Positions 18,656-26,825 of a stretch of 27,523 nt of DNA are shown here, piece after piece. Numbering within the stretch: position 1 is the first letter of the stretch; every line of letters begins with the position of its first letter. The DNA is from Promethearchaeati archaeon. GTDB lineage: Archaea > Asgardarchaeota > Heimdallarchaeia > JABLTI01. The stretch spans positions 1 to 27,523 of the forward strand of contig JABLTI010000028.1 in assembly GCA_013166835.1 (NCBI GenBank). The letters run 5' to 3'. A program made the translations under genes and the position numbers. The notes below the pieces were generated by a model. That model worked only from the letters and a program-made list of their open reading frames with translations. It was not told the origin of the DNA and did no database searches.

Positions 18656-19489
18656 TTATTTTGTTCCAAACGCAAAAATAACAGATTTTGTAAAATAATA
18701 ACTACCGTCTTTTTGTTTGTATGAGCTAATTCCATGTGGAAGCATTTTATCTTTGAAATCCAGAATTTTCTTTTCATCTTTATCCAAGGTATGATGTAAG
18801 ATCCATCCTGATCGTTTTATCATGTTGAACCATTCATCAACAGATTCATATTTTAGAATGAAATCTTCAGAAAAAACTTTTACATTGTTGAAACCTACAT
18901 CTTGTAAGATTTTTTCAAATCCTTCCTTAGTTTCTTTGCTATAACTAATTGGAACATTATTACTGTCTTCTTTTGATTTAGTAGTGTATTTAGCCAGATA
19001 ATCCTGTAGTAATTTTCGTAAACAATCAAGTTCTCCTTGTGATTGCCAAGTGCTAAAACCTGTTTTTCCATCGGGCTTCAAAACTCGAAGAATGTGTTTC
19101 ATTTTATCATTTTCTTTTCTATATTTGTGGTTTTGAAAATCAAAAACATCACCAAATCCGATGAAACCACTGATCACACTATCAAAGGTATTATTGTCAT
19201 ATGTTAAATCATTTGCATCCATAATTTCTGCCATAGCATTAGTCAATAAATTACTCTTGATATTTTCAAGAGTTTTAGCTACCTGGTTTTCCCATCGATC
19301 AATACCAATAATGTAACCAGATGCACCAATAATTCTTGCTGCAGGAATTAAACATGCTCCTCCACCTGTACCTATATCCAGAATTCTCGCACCGGGTGTC
19401 AAATTCATATATTGTACCAATTTTTCTCCAAATGCTGACCAGAAATCAAGACCAATGATTTCATTCTCTTCATTAATCATCAAATTCAC
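18656..19489 (-). CDS. Class I SAM-dependent methyltransferase (UbiE/Methyltransf_11-like)
   Basis: ILDIGTGGG, IIGID, MDANDL..FDSV and LRVLKPDG. GTG start overlaps the upstream TGA. Confidence 0.88.
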   Translation of the reverse strand: MNLMINEENEIIGLDFWSAFGEKLVQYMNLTPGARILDIGTGGGACLIPAARIIGASGYIIGIDRWENQVAKTLENIKSNLLTNAMAEIMDANDLTYDNNTFDSVISGFIGFGDVFDFQNHKYRKENDKMKHILRVLKPDGKTGFSTWQSQGELDCLRKLLQDYLAKYTTKSKEDSNNVPISYSKETKEGFEKILQDVGFNNVKVFSEDFILKYESVDEWFNMIKRSGWILHHTLDKDEKKILDFKDKMLPHGISSYKQKDGSYYFTKSVIFAFGTK

Positions 19490-19791
19490 TCTTCTAATCT
19501 TTCTAGTTTAAAGCACACGGGTCTTTTTCCATCTGAGCAAACAGTATACACAATACCTTTAGGAGTACCAGGCATTTCCCCACCAAAAGCAAGCAAATAG
19601 AAATCCTTTCGGAAATCAGCGAAAGCCCAACCACAAAAACCCTCTGGTTTTGTAAAACCGTTTGTAATCCATTCTTGCCCTTCTTTTAGATGACAAGGTT
19701 CTACGACTGTACCATCTGTTCTCACGAATTCTTTCCCGAAGACATCTTCAGGAGCAAATACTTTGAGTACTGTTATCTTGATTTTTGACAT
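19486..19791 (-). CDS. TIGR04076-family small Cys protein, copy 3
   Basis: KIKITVLK, PC, FCGWA and VCSDGKRPVCFKLER. Confidence 0.8.
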   Translation of the reverse strand: MSKIKITVLKVFAPEDVFGKEFVRTDGTVVEPCHLKEGQEWITNGFTKPEGFCGWAFADFRKDFYLLAFGGEMPGTPKGIVYTVCSDGKRPVCFKLERLEE

Positions 19792-19829
19792 CCAAATAAC
19801 TCCTTGAAAAAAATTAAGGACTAATTGAA

Positions 19830-20141
19830 TTATTCATCAGTTATTCTTTCTAGTTTAAAGACAACTGGTCTAATACCATCAGGACAAGCTACATAATCTA
19901 TGCCGTCTCCTGCCCAATCATCAAATTTACCCCCATATCTAATGAAGGTAATTTTCGGATACATTCCAAACCACGCATGATGACAGAAGTCTTCAGGCAT
20001 GTTACCATTTTCACTGATGTAAGTTTCACCTTCCTTAAATCCACATTTAGTGATTTCTTTGCCACTTGGTTTGTGAAACTTTTCACCAAATACTTCTTCA
20101 GGACTAAAATTCTTGACTACTGTAATTCTTATTTTTGACAT
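19830..20141 (-). CDS. TIGR04076-family small Cys protein, copy 2
   Basis: KIRITVVK, KC, FCHHAW and ACPDGIRPVVFKLER. Confidence 0.8.
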   Translation of the reverse strand: MSKIRITVVKNFSPEEVFGEKFHKPSGKEITKCGFKEGETYISENGNMPEDFCHHAWFGMYPKITFIRYGGKFDDWAGDGIDYVACPDGIRPVVFKLERITDE

Positions 20142-20179
20142 TTATCTCACTCCATAGAAAAAAAAAGAAAGATGGAAGT

Positions 20180-20494
20180 TTAATCTTCAATCCTCTCTAA
20201 TTTGAAAACAACTGGTCGAACACCATCTGTACAACAAGTATGTTGCAAACCTTCTTTTGCCCAACTCTTGAAGTTTCCATCGAAGTTCAGAACCGCTGTA
20301 TCTTTGTAAATATCTCTCCATGCCCAACCACAGAAACCATCTGGTTTATTGAGATTTTCTACAATAAACTCTTGTCCATCTTCGAATGCTGTGCACGCTG
20401 TTACTTTCTTACCGTTTGGAGTAGCGTAACCTATCTCTCCAAAAACGTCTTCAGGTTTAAATCGCTTTATTACAGTTATTTTTATCTTAGCCAT
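20180..20494 (-). CDS. TIGR04076-family small Cys protein, copy 1
   Basis: KIKITVIK, AC, FCGWAW and CCTDGVRPVVFKLER. Confidence 0.82.
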   Translation of the reverse strand: MAKIKITVIKRFKPEDVFGEIGYATPNGKKVTACTAFEDGQEFIVENLNKPDGFCGWAWRDIYKDTAVLNFDGNFKSWAKEGLQHTCCTDGVRPVVFKLERIED

Positions 20495-20523
20495 AGTATT
20501 ACTTCCATTTTTTTTTATTCTTT

Positions 20524-20913
20524 TTATTCATAGGTGGCGTCATAGATCTTATTGACTATTTGCCACAAATCATTAATCTTCAAAAGATTCAGTAAATCTA
20601 AAAAGATAACAGAACCCTTCGAGTGTTCCACAATGGTCTTAACTTTAGCAGAAGCAATAGTTCCTACTATATCAACTGATAGAATTTCCGAAGTTCGTTT
20701 GTATTTTGGGTCATCAATTGGTTTTCCAAGACTCTCTTTCCAGAAGTTCTTGTCATAGATAACTAATTTCTCCTCTTTATCTATGCCAAACATCTTTGCC
20801 TCGTCATGCCAACCTTTTGCTAAGATCTCAAAGTCTCTTTTGATAGTTCCCTTTATGTAGTAGTTGACTGCTTCTTCTACTCTTGCTAACTCTTCTTTAG
20901 TTGTCATTTCCAT
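20524..20913 (-). CDS. NTF2-like (putative lumazine-binding) family protein
   Basis: V..YIKG....D...L...WHDEA, SVDIVGTIASAKV and DLLNLLKINDLWQIVNKIY. Confidence 0.8.
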   Translation of the reverse strand: MEMTTKEELARVEEAVNYYIKGTIKRDFEILAKGWHDEAKMFGIDKEEKLVIYDKNFWKESLGKPIDDPKYKRTSEILSVDIVGTIASAKVKTIVEHSKGSVIFLDLLNLLKINDLWQIVNKIYDATYE

Positions 20914-21078
20914 AAATCCCCAATTGGGTTTAGTTTTATCCCAATTTAGTTACAGAAGAAATTATATGTATACATTTGGGATGTTGTTTGAGAAGAATAT
21001 CATCAAGAGAGTATAAAAAATTTCTCATCGATATGAGACATTAGTCTGGAAAATTTCAGAAAAACTTTTAAAGCGATA

Positions 21079-21615
21079 TTATTGTCGAAAATCGATTTCC
21101 TGCGTTGCTTTTAGAGTTACAATACCGTCATCAACTAACTTCTTATTGTGATGAGCGACCTTTTCTTTTCCTGTTTTCTCATTGCCCCAGCAACTATGAG
21201 CATCTTTTACTAAGACTACAGAATAACCTAGTTTTTTAGCAGCTCTACAATTCGCTTTTACACAAGCATTTGTTAATGTTCCAGTCATTACTAGTTTCTC
21301 AATTCCTTTTGATTGTAGGACTTCATGCAAATCTGTTTCTTCAAAAGTACTTGAAACTGTTTTATAATAAAATAAGTCATCTTTAACTGGTTGAAGTTTC
21401 GGATGTATATTATAACTCTCAGTTCCTACAATCAATACACTTTCGTTTGCATGTTGAATCCAAATTGTAGGAATATTAGCGGACCGAGCATTACTAGTTA
21501 AATAGTTGATATTCTCCAGCAACTCATCTTCTTTGTAAATTGGTTTCTTTCCAGTGAATAAGCCAAGTTGAACATCGATAACTACTAATACAGTATTTTT
21601 CCAAATTTCACTCAT
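21079..21615 (-). CDS. Isochorismatase / cysteine hydrolase family protein
   Basis: LVVIDVQ, WIQH, K..SSTFEETDL, GTLTNACV and VKDAH; catalytic D-K-C triad present. Confidence 0.9.
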   Translation of the reverse strand: MSEIWKNTVLVVIDVQLGLFTGKKPIYKEDELLENINYLTSNARSANIPTIWIQHANESVLIVGTESYNIHPKLQPVKDDLFYYKTVSSTFEETDLHEVLQSKGIEKLVMTGTLTNACVKANCRAAKKLGYSVVLVKDAHSCWGNEKTGKEKVAHHNKKLVDDGIVTLKATQEIDFRQ

Positions 21616-21629
21616 TTTCTATCACTTCT

Positions 21630-22493
21630 TTACACATAATCATATCCGATTTCTTCAGCTGTTAGATCTTTAACATCTTTGAATTTTCTTCTTTGAAACC
21701 ACAAGAGAGTTTTCAGAAAAGTACAACGAGTCTTCATTCTAAGATATTTAGTTTTTGAAAATGGTTTGATGCAATGAAGACTGGATGACATGATCTTATC
21801 AGCTTGATTTCCATCAGGTTTTAATTCCTGATTAATCACACCATCGTATTTGATTTTTTTAAGAAAAGCAAAGAAATCGTTGAAAGGCATTTCTCCTAAA
21901 CCAAGTGGCAAGTGCAAGTCTTCTGTTTTTGTGCAATCAGAAATGTGTACATACACAATGTCTTTCACTAAATCTTCTGGAATGTCCAACCAGGTTTGCC
22001 AATCATTAACATATCTATGAGAGATATCCAATGCATGTCCTGCAATTTTCTTCCCTAAATGATCTTTTGCTTGATGATAAAAGTCAAGAAATTGCTCATC
22101 TGTAAAGCCAACAACATTCTCTAAAACCAAGGGTACTTCGATTTCTTCTAATCTTTCAAACATTAACTCGTAAGAAGCATTAGGGTCCTCAGGCATATGT
22201 GCAAGAACAAAAAGCATATTCAAATCGTCTTTTCTCTGATTAATGAAGGAGACAACCTCTTGCATTTGAATTTCGTAGGTCTCAGTTTTTGAAGAGAAGT
22301 CAAAATTATCTCGATTAAAGATAGGCAAATGAAAAACAGTAGTTGCACTACCGAGACTCTTGAGAACATCATCCACTTTAGGAATAACTCGCCAATTGAA
22401 CTCGAAGTGTTCTAAAGGAATTTTGCGTATCAATTTTACAATAAGATCTAGACCTAATCCTTTGATTGGTTCTAAGCCAAAGCCAATTCTCAT
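21630..22493 (-). CDS. Xylose isomerase-like / AP endonuclease 2 TIM-barrel protein, paralog 3
   Basis: MRIGFGLEP, FHLP, HMPE, VLEN, GHALDISH, YVHISD..DLHLPLGLGEMP and NQE. Confidence 0.85.
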   Translation of the reverse strand: MRIGFGLEPIKGLGLDLIVKLIRKIPLEHFEFNWRVIPKVDDVLKSLGSATTVFHLPIFNRDNFDFSSKTETYEIQMQEVVSFINQRKDDLNMLFVLAHMPEDPNASYELMFERLEEIEVPLVLENVVGFTDEQFLDFYHQAKDHLGKKIAGHALDISHRYVNDWQTWLDIPEDLVKDIVYVHISDCTKTEDLHLPLGLGEMPFNDFFAFLKKIKYDGVINQELKPDGNQADKIMSSSLHCIKPFSKTKYLRMKTRCTFLKTLLWFQRRKFKDVKDLTAEEIGYDYV

Positions 22494-22628
22494 ATATTAC
22501 ACCAGATTTGAGTCCTATAATTTCATGTCTGTAAGAGGGGAATGAATGTTCGCTAAATTTATTTTAATAGCTTTTGTCAAGAACCAAAAAAATGTGAAAA
22601 GAAAAAATAAGGTAATGCATTATTTCCT

Positions 22629-24296
22629 CTATTTTTTTGCTTTGAGTCTAATCCTTGTAACAACAGCTATAACCATGACTAAAACGAATGGAATATATGG
22701 AACAAAAGATCCAGTTTCAGTAGGAATTTCCGGAGGAACTGTTAAGTTAAGATTGAAAATTGTAACATAAGTATCAAAAAGACCACCGTATTCGTCTTGG
22801 TAAGCATCCACGGTAGGAAAGCTTGTAGAAGAAGTATAACCAGACACAATGATATTGCCATTGGAGTTAATAGCTGCTTTCTGTCCTCTATCCGCGGAGT
22901 TTCCACCTAAGTAGGAAGAATAGAGTATTGTACCATTTAATGCTACTTTCGCAACAAATGAATTTGAAGATCCACCTGGAGGTGTGGATTGATATGCTTG
23001 TTCAACAGGGAGATTTGATGAAACTGTTCTTCCAGTTATAACTAAAACATCATCCGCAACAGCTATGCCAATTATTTCGTCAATGCCTGAACCACCATAA
23101 AATGAACTGAAAACTCTCGTTTGACCATCTGATGAAAAAACGGATACAAATCCGTCTAAAGAACCACCACCGTAAGAGCTTTGGAACGCATCATTGGTTA
23201 TTGGAAAATTGTAGAGTGAATTTGTACTACCCACAAATACAATGTTGTGATTCTCATCAAAAGCAATGTCATAAGCACGATCAGCATCTGTTCCACCATA
23301 AAATGTTGAGAAAGCTAAAGAACCATTTGCGAAAAACTTTGATAAGAACACATCATATGCTCCAGTATTGTAAGAACTATCATAGGCATTTTTCGTTGGG
23401 AAACCAGTTGATGAAGTTAATCCGGTAAGTACAAGATCACCATTATAATCAAATTTTATACTGGAACTTCCATCATTACCTGTAGATCCAAGATAGGTTG
23501 AGAAAACGAGTGATTGCCCATTTGCTGAAAACAAAGTCACATAGTTGTCTACAGAACCAGCGGTTTTAGAAGCTTGATAAGCACTAACAGTGGGGAAATC
23601 AAGTGAATAAGTACTTCCGGTTATTGCAATTCTATTACTCGAGTCAAAATCAACACCATATCCCCAATCATCTCCAGTTCCACCAAAGTATGTGGAAAAT
23701 AAAAGTGAACCAGAACCACCGAATTTAGCGAGAAAGATATCAGTCGAATAAAACTCTCCACCATTATTAGTGCTTTGATAAGCACTCTGAAGGGGCAAAT
23801 TAGTTGAAGTTGTTGTACCAACTACAGCAATCTCTCCTTCAGCGTTTACTGCTACATTTGTAGCCCATTCCTCACCACTCCCACCAAAATACGTTGCGAA
23901 GAGAAGTGATTGCCCGTCTGAGCTAAGCTTGTAAACGAATGCATCAAATAATCCTCCTCCAAAAGTAGCTTGATAAGCATTAATTACAGGGAAATCTGTG
24001 GATGAACCAGTTCTCCCAACTACAATTATATTACCCGAGGAATCTATTGTCATTCCCGAATTACCTATATCTTCAGCATTCGCTCGATACTCTGTGCCAC
24101 TCCCACCGATATACGTTGAAACATTAAGATGGTCAGGTAATGTTTCATCTGAAGGATTAAGTATGTTTGAATTATCTTCAGATCCAAAATTGAAACCCAT
24201 AGTATTATTACTTCCAATTATTAGTGCAGTCATTAGTACTGTACTAAAAATGACAAAGAATGTTTTACTGCCTTTTTCCTGCTGTTTTGCATTCAA
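22629..24296 (-). CDS. Secreted SBBP-repeat (beta-propeller) cell-surface protein with C-terminal TM anchor and basic tail
   Basis: Seven repeats of about 60-65 aa (STY.GG.G.D...D..G...V.G.T.S..FP...AYQ....GG..D.FV). Start reassigned to TTG 24296 after GGTG, giving a signal peptide (KQQEKGSK TFFVIFSTVLMTALIIG). Ends PTETGSF-hydrophobic-RIRLKAKK. Confidence 0.88.
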   Translation of the reverse strand: MNAKQQEKGSKTFFVIFSTVLMTALIIGSNNTMGFNFGSEDNSNILNPSDETLPDHLNVSTYIGGSGTEYRANAEDIGNSGMTIDSSGNIIVVGRTGSSTDFPVINAYQATFGGGLFDAFVYKLSSDGQSLLFATYFGGSGEEWATNVAVNAEGEIAVVGTTTSTNLPLQSAYQSTNNGGEFYSTDIFLAKFGGSGSLLFSTYFGGTGDDWGYGVDFDSSNRIAITGSTYSLDFPTVSAYQASKTAGSVDNYVTLFSANGQSLVFSTYLGSTGNDGSSSIKFDYNGDLVLTGLTSSTGFPTKNAYDSSYNTGAYDVFLSKFFANGSLAFSTFYGGTDADRAYDIAFDENHNIVFVGSTNSLYNFPITNDAFQSSYGGGSLDGFVSVFSSDGQTRVFSSFYGGSGIDEIIGIAVADDVLVITGRTVSSNLPVEQAYQSTPPGGSSNSFVAKVALNGTILYSSYLGGNSADRGQKAAINSNGNIIVSGYTSSTSFPTVDAYQDEYGGLFDTYVTIFNLNLTVPPEIPTETGSFVPYIPFVLVMVIAVVTRIRLKAKK

Positions 24297-24403
24297 CTGC
24301 AACACCAAGCGAACGTATAGTTTGGACGATATATAAGATAAATGATAGGATATCGAAATCAAACGATAAAATTTTTGAAGAAATTCTAAAATTATATGAA
24401 AAT

Positions 24404-26185
24404 CTAATCTTTCAAGCTGCTTATTTTCCATTTCTGACTATCAAAATCAAATAAATTCTGCAATGGAACAAAATTTGACTTGTAGAATTTAATAGTATAA
24501 AATGAAGGTGTCAATCCTTCTTTTTCTAAGAAATCTTGAATTATTTTTCGTATGGGATGAGTATGAGCCACGCCAGGAAGATTGAAGATATAGCGATCGT
24601 ATATTGTATTTTGTCCCAATAAAGAAAATACACTTAATTTCTTTGTTACTAAATCAATTTTATCTTTTGAAATTTCGTCAGATGTTGGTATCTCAAAAAT
24701 AAGAACATCAGGACTTCGCTTCATTCGATTTCTCATATATAGTGAAAATGTAAGTAACTCTTTGTTTTTAGCTCGTAACTCATTTTGATAAAGTAGATCA
24801 GTTTGTGCATCAACATCAGTCATTAGGACATTATTTTCCAAATAAAATTTCTTAAATTCATTAAGTGTTACACCATATCTTGCTCTAAGTAGAAGTTTAG
24901 AAGTTATTATTGAAAGAAAGTAAAGCAAATTATAATCTAATTGTAGCGGTTTGGCTGGGGAAGGTATTTTTTGAGCTCTTTTATAGCTGTAGAAGGTATA
25001 CATCCTTAGTGAAGGATCTTTCGGATTAATCAATTTTTTAAAGACACTAAGGATTGGCTTATGGGGAATATTAGAAATTGCAAAATACCTATGTCTTTCC
25101 CTTACTAGCTGTAAAGTAAAATCACTTATTAAGTTCTTACTTTTCATTTTGCTTAGTTTGTCACTAAGTTGATCACTAATTATGTGAGGACAAATTAAAG
25201 TTGGAGAATATATTATGTTTGAATTTGAATCTGTTCCATGAAAAAGTGATTTTAGGTAAGGAATTTTAAGTAAATCTTGAGTTAATTTTTCAAAAAATCC
25301 ATTCTTGTTTAATGTAATTTTAAATAAATAGTTATGAAGATTTATCTTTTCATAATTTATGTCAGAACGCCAATATGTAGAGAAGGTTTCATTTAAAGCT
25401 TTAAAGCGTTTAGCAATTGTTTTTTGAGTTAGATCAAGTTTACGAGCAATAAAAGAGGTAGTACCTCGTTCATATCCTAATTCATGGAGAGTTTCAATTA
25501 ATTCAATTAATTTCAAATTAGTATAAAATGGCAATATTGATGAACTTTCTTCAATTGTTTTTGAGAAGGTCCACTCGGAAAATTCCTTTATTTTTCTAGA
25601 AGTTGTTTGTTTTTTATTAAATATCTCAAAAGAAATCTCAAAAACTTCAGTGAAAGGAATATTATTACTAATTAAAAGTAAAAGTAAATTATCCCAATAA
25701 TAATTACTGAGTTCAGCAATTTCTTCAGGATAGATTTTAGATCTTATAGCTGATAAGACAGGATTATCAATAGTAGTTATGTTAAATAAATCTACTAAGA
25801 GAAGAACCGTTATAATGTTGATTATTGATTCATCAACCTCTTCAATCTCATTATTCAAGAAATGAAGAAGGCATTCTTTAAGAACTATAAATGACAATAG
25901 ATAACTTCGTGTTTTAGATTGAAGATTCATAATCCAATCAGCAATTACAACTTGATCTTGGTTTCGTTTTAAACCAAAATCTACACTAATATCTTCTTTC
26001 ACTTTACCAAAAATAATAGATTTTACCGGAATTATTGGATGTCTTTTTAAAATATTTGTGAGAATATTAATAGTGAAACTAGAAACCTCGTTGATTAATT
26101 TGATTAGCTCAGATTTCTTAACAGCAGAAATATCATCTAGTAGACCTATTTTTTCTAATAGCTTTTTCTTAAATTGAGTTTTCAT
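24404..26185 (-). CDS. Large (593 aa) HTH / Lrp-AsnC-like transcriptional regulator with uncharacterised N-terminal domain
   Basis: Central HTH TTSFIARKLDLTQKTIAKRFKAL (aa ~242-264), then the AsnC-type linker INYEKINL and a beta/alpha domain. A possible second repeat begins at LQLDYNLLYFL. The C-terminal LFDFDSQKW is reminiscent of Lrp-like repeats. Confidence 0.7.
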   Translation of the reverse strand: MKTQFKKKLLEKIGLLDDISAVKKSELIKLINEVSSFTINILTNILKRHPIIPVKSIIFGKVKEDISVDFGLKRNQDQVVIADWIMNLQSKTRSYLLSFIVLKECLLHFLNNEIEEVDESIINIITVLLLVDLFNITTIDNPVLSAIRSKIYPEEIAELSNYYWDNLLLLLISNNIPFTEVFEISFEIFNKKQTTSRKIKEFSEWTFSKTIEESSSILPFYTNLKLIELIETLHELGYERGTTSFIARKLDLTQKTIAKRFKALNETFSTYWRSDINYEKINLHNYLFKITLNKNGFFEKLTQDLLKIPYLKSLFHGTDSNSNIIYSPTLICPHIISDQLSDKLSKMKSKNLISDFTLQLVRERHRYFAISNIPHKPILSVFKKLINPKDPSLRMYTFYSYKRAQKIPSPAKPLQLDYNLLYFLSIITSKLLLRARYGVTLNEFKKFYLENNVLMTDVDAQTDLLYQNELRAKNKELLTFSLYMRNRMKRSPDVLIFEIPTSDEISKDKIDLVTKKLSVFSLLGQNTIYDRYIFNLPGVAHTHPIRKIIQDFLEKEGLTPSFYTIKFYKSNFVPLQNLFDFDSQKWKISSLKD

Positions 26186-26524
26186 TAATTAATCAACTTA
26201 GATTTCTTGTTTTATATACTAATAAAGTCAAATTCATTATTTTTTAACCTTCTTTACTTAAATAAATATCTAAAGAATGTTCCTAATTCCTAGCGTGAAA
26301 GAGAGAGGATTATTGTCGCTTTTCTCTAAGAAGAATTTTTCTGGTTTTAATGCTAGAAAAACAGTTTTTTTATGTTTTAAGCAAAGGAAAAAATCAACCC
26401 TAAGATTATTTTTGCAGTATTTGAATGTATAATTTAGTGTGTTTACTCACATAACGAAAATGCTAGACGAGAAAACTGGTTAAGCATGTAAGTAAAAACC
26501 AAAAGAAATACAAGGTGCACTGAA

Positions 26525-26665
26525 TTGAAAAAAATAAACCCGAAAGTAATTGGTTTGACTATCCTTCTATTAGGTCTTTTAATAGGAGGAAGTTTATCTG
26601 TCCAGACAGGACATGGGGATCCAACATTGACCCCAAACCCACCAGAGGATGATGGTGGAGGTTAA
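26525..26665 (+). CDS. 46-aa secreted micro-peptide precursor (signal peptide plus short acidic/Pro/Gly mature peptide)
   Basis: TTG 26525 to TAA 26665 translates as MKKINPKVIGLTILLLGLLIGGSLSVQTGHGDPTLTPNPPEDDGGG. AGGTG RBS at 26513-26517 (7-nt spacer), classic n/h/c signal-peptide layout and a downstream terminator. Below the ORF-track size cutoff. Confidence 0.8.
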   Translation: MKKINPKVIGLTILLLGLLIGGSLSVQTGHGDPTLTPNPPEDDGGG

Positions 26666-26725
26666 TCTACAAGAAAATATACGTGGGTAAATTAACCAAA
26701 ACTGAGAGGGTAAAATCGATTTGCC

Positions 26726-26766
26726 CGAGGAGCATGAAAAAAGGCATGCTCCTCGTTTTATTCTTT
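26726..26766 (+). terminator. Strong intrinsic-terminator-like hairpin after the micro-peptide gene
   Basis: Perfect 11-bp GC-rich stem CGAGGAGCATG(26726-26736)/CATGCTCCTCG(26745-26755), 8-nt loop, then TTTTATTCTTT. Confidence 0.75.
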
Positions 26767-26825
26767 CCAGTAAGCACTGTAAACGATTATTCCGATAGAA
26801 AAAATATAATAGGTGTAATTCATAC

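Noticed and set aside
21023-21038. TCTCAT-N4-ATGAGA palindrome upstream of the NTF2/TIGR04076 cluster
   Set aside because: Single 6-bp-arm occurrence with no second copy found, so it cannot be distinguished from chance.
22750-24130. Recurrent DNA similarity at about 190-nt period (possible repeat array or CRISPR)
   Set aside because: Explained by degenerate protein-level SBBP repeats. There are no identical repeats with unique spacers.
24297-24431. 45-aa N-terminal extension of the SBBP ORF overlapping the regulator's 3' end
   Set aside because: A TTG at 24296 with a GGTG RBS gives a proper signal peptide, and the extension covers a promoter-like spacer.
1978-24454. Numerous short antisense ORFs (e.g. 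1978-2241, 3227-3586, 4752-5147, 16820-17287, 23998-24336)
   Set aside because: They lie opposite well-supported genes and lack motifs, so they are codon-bias shadows.
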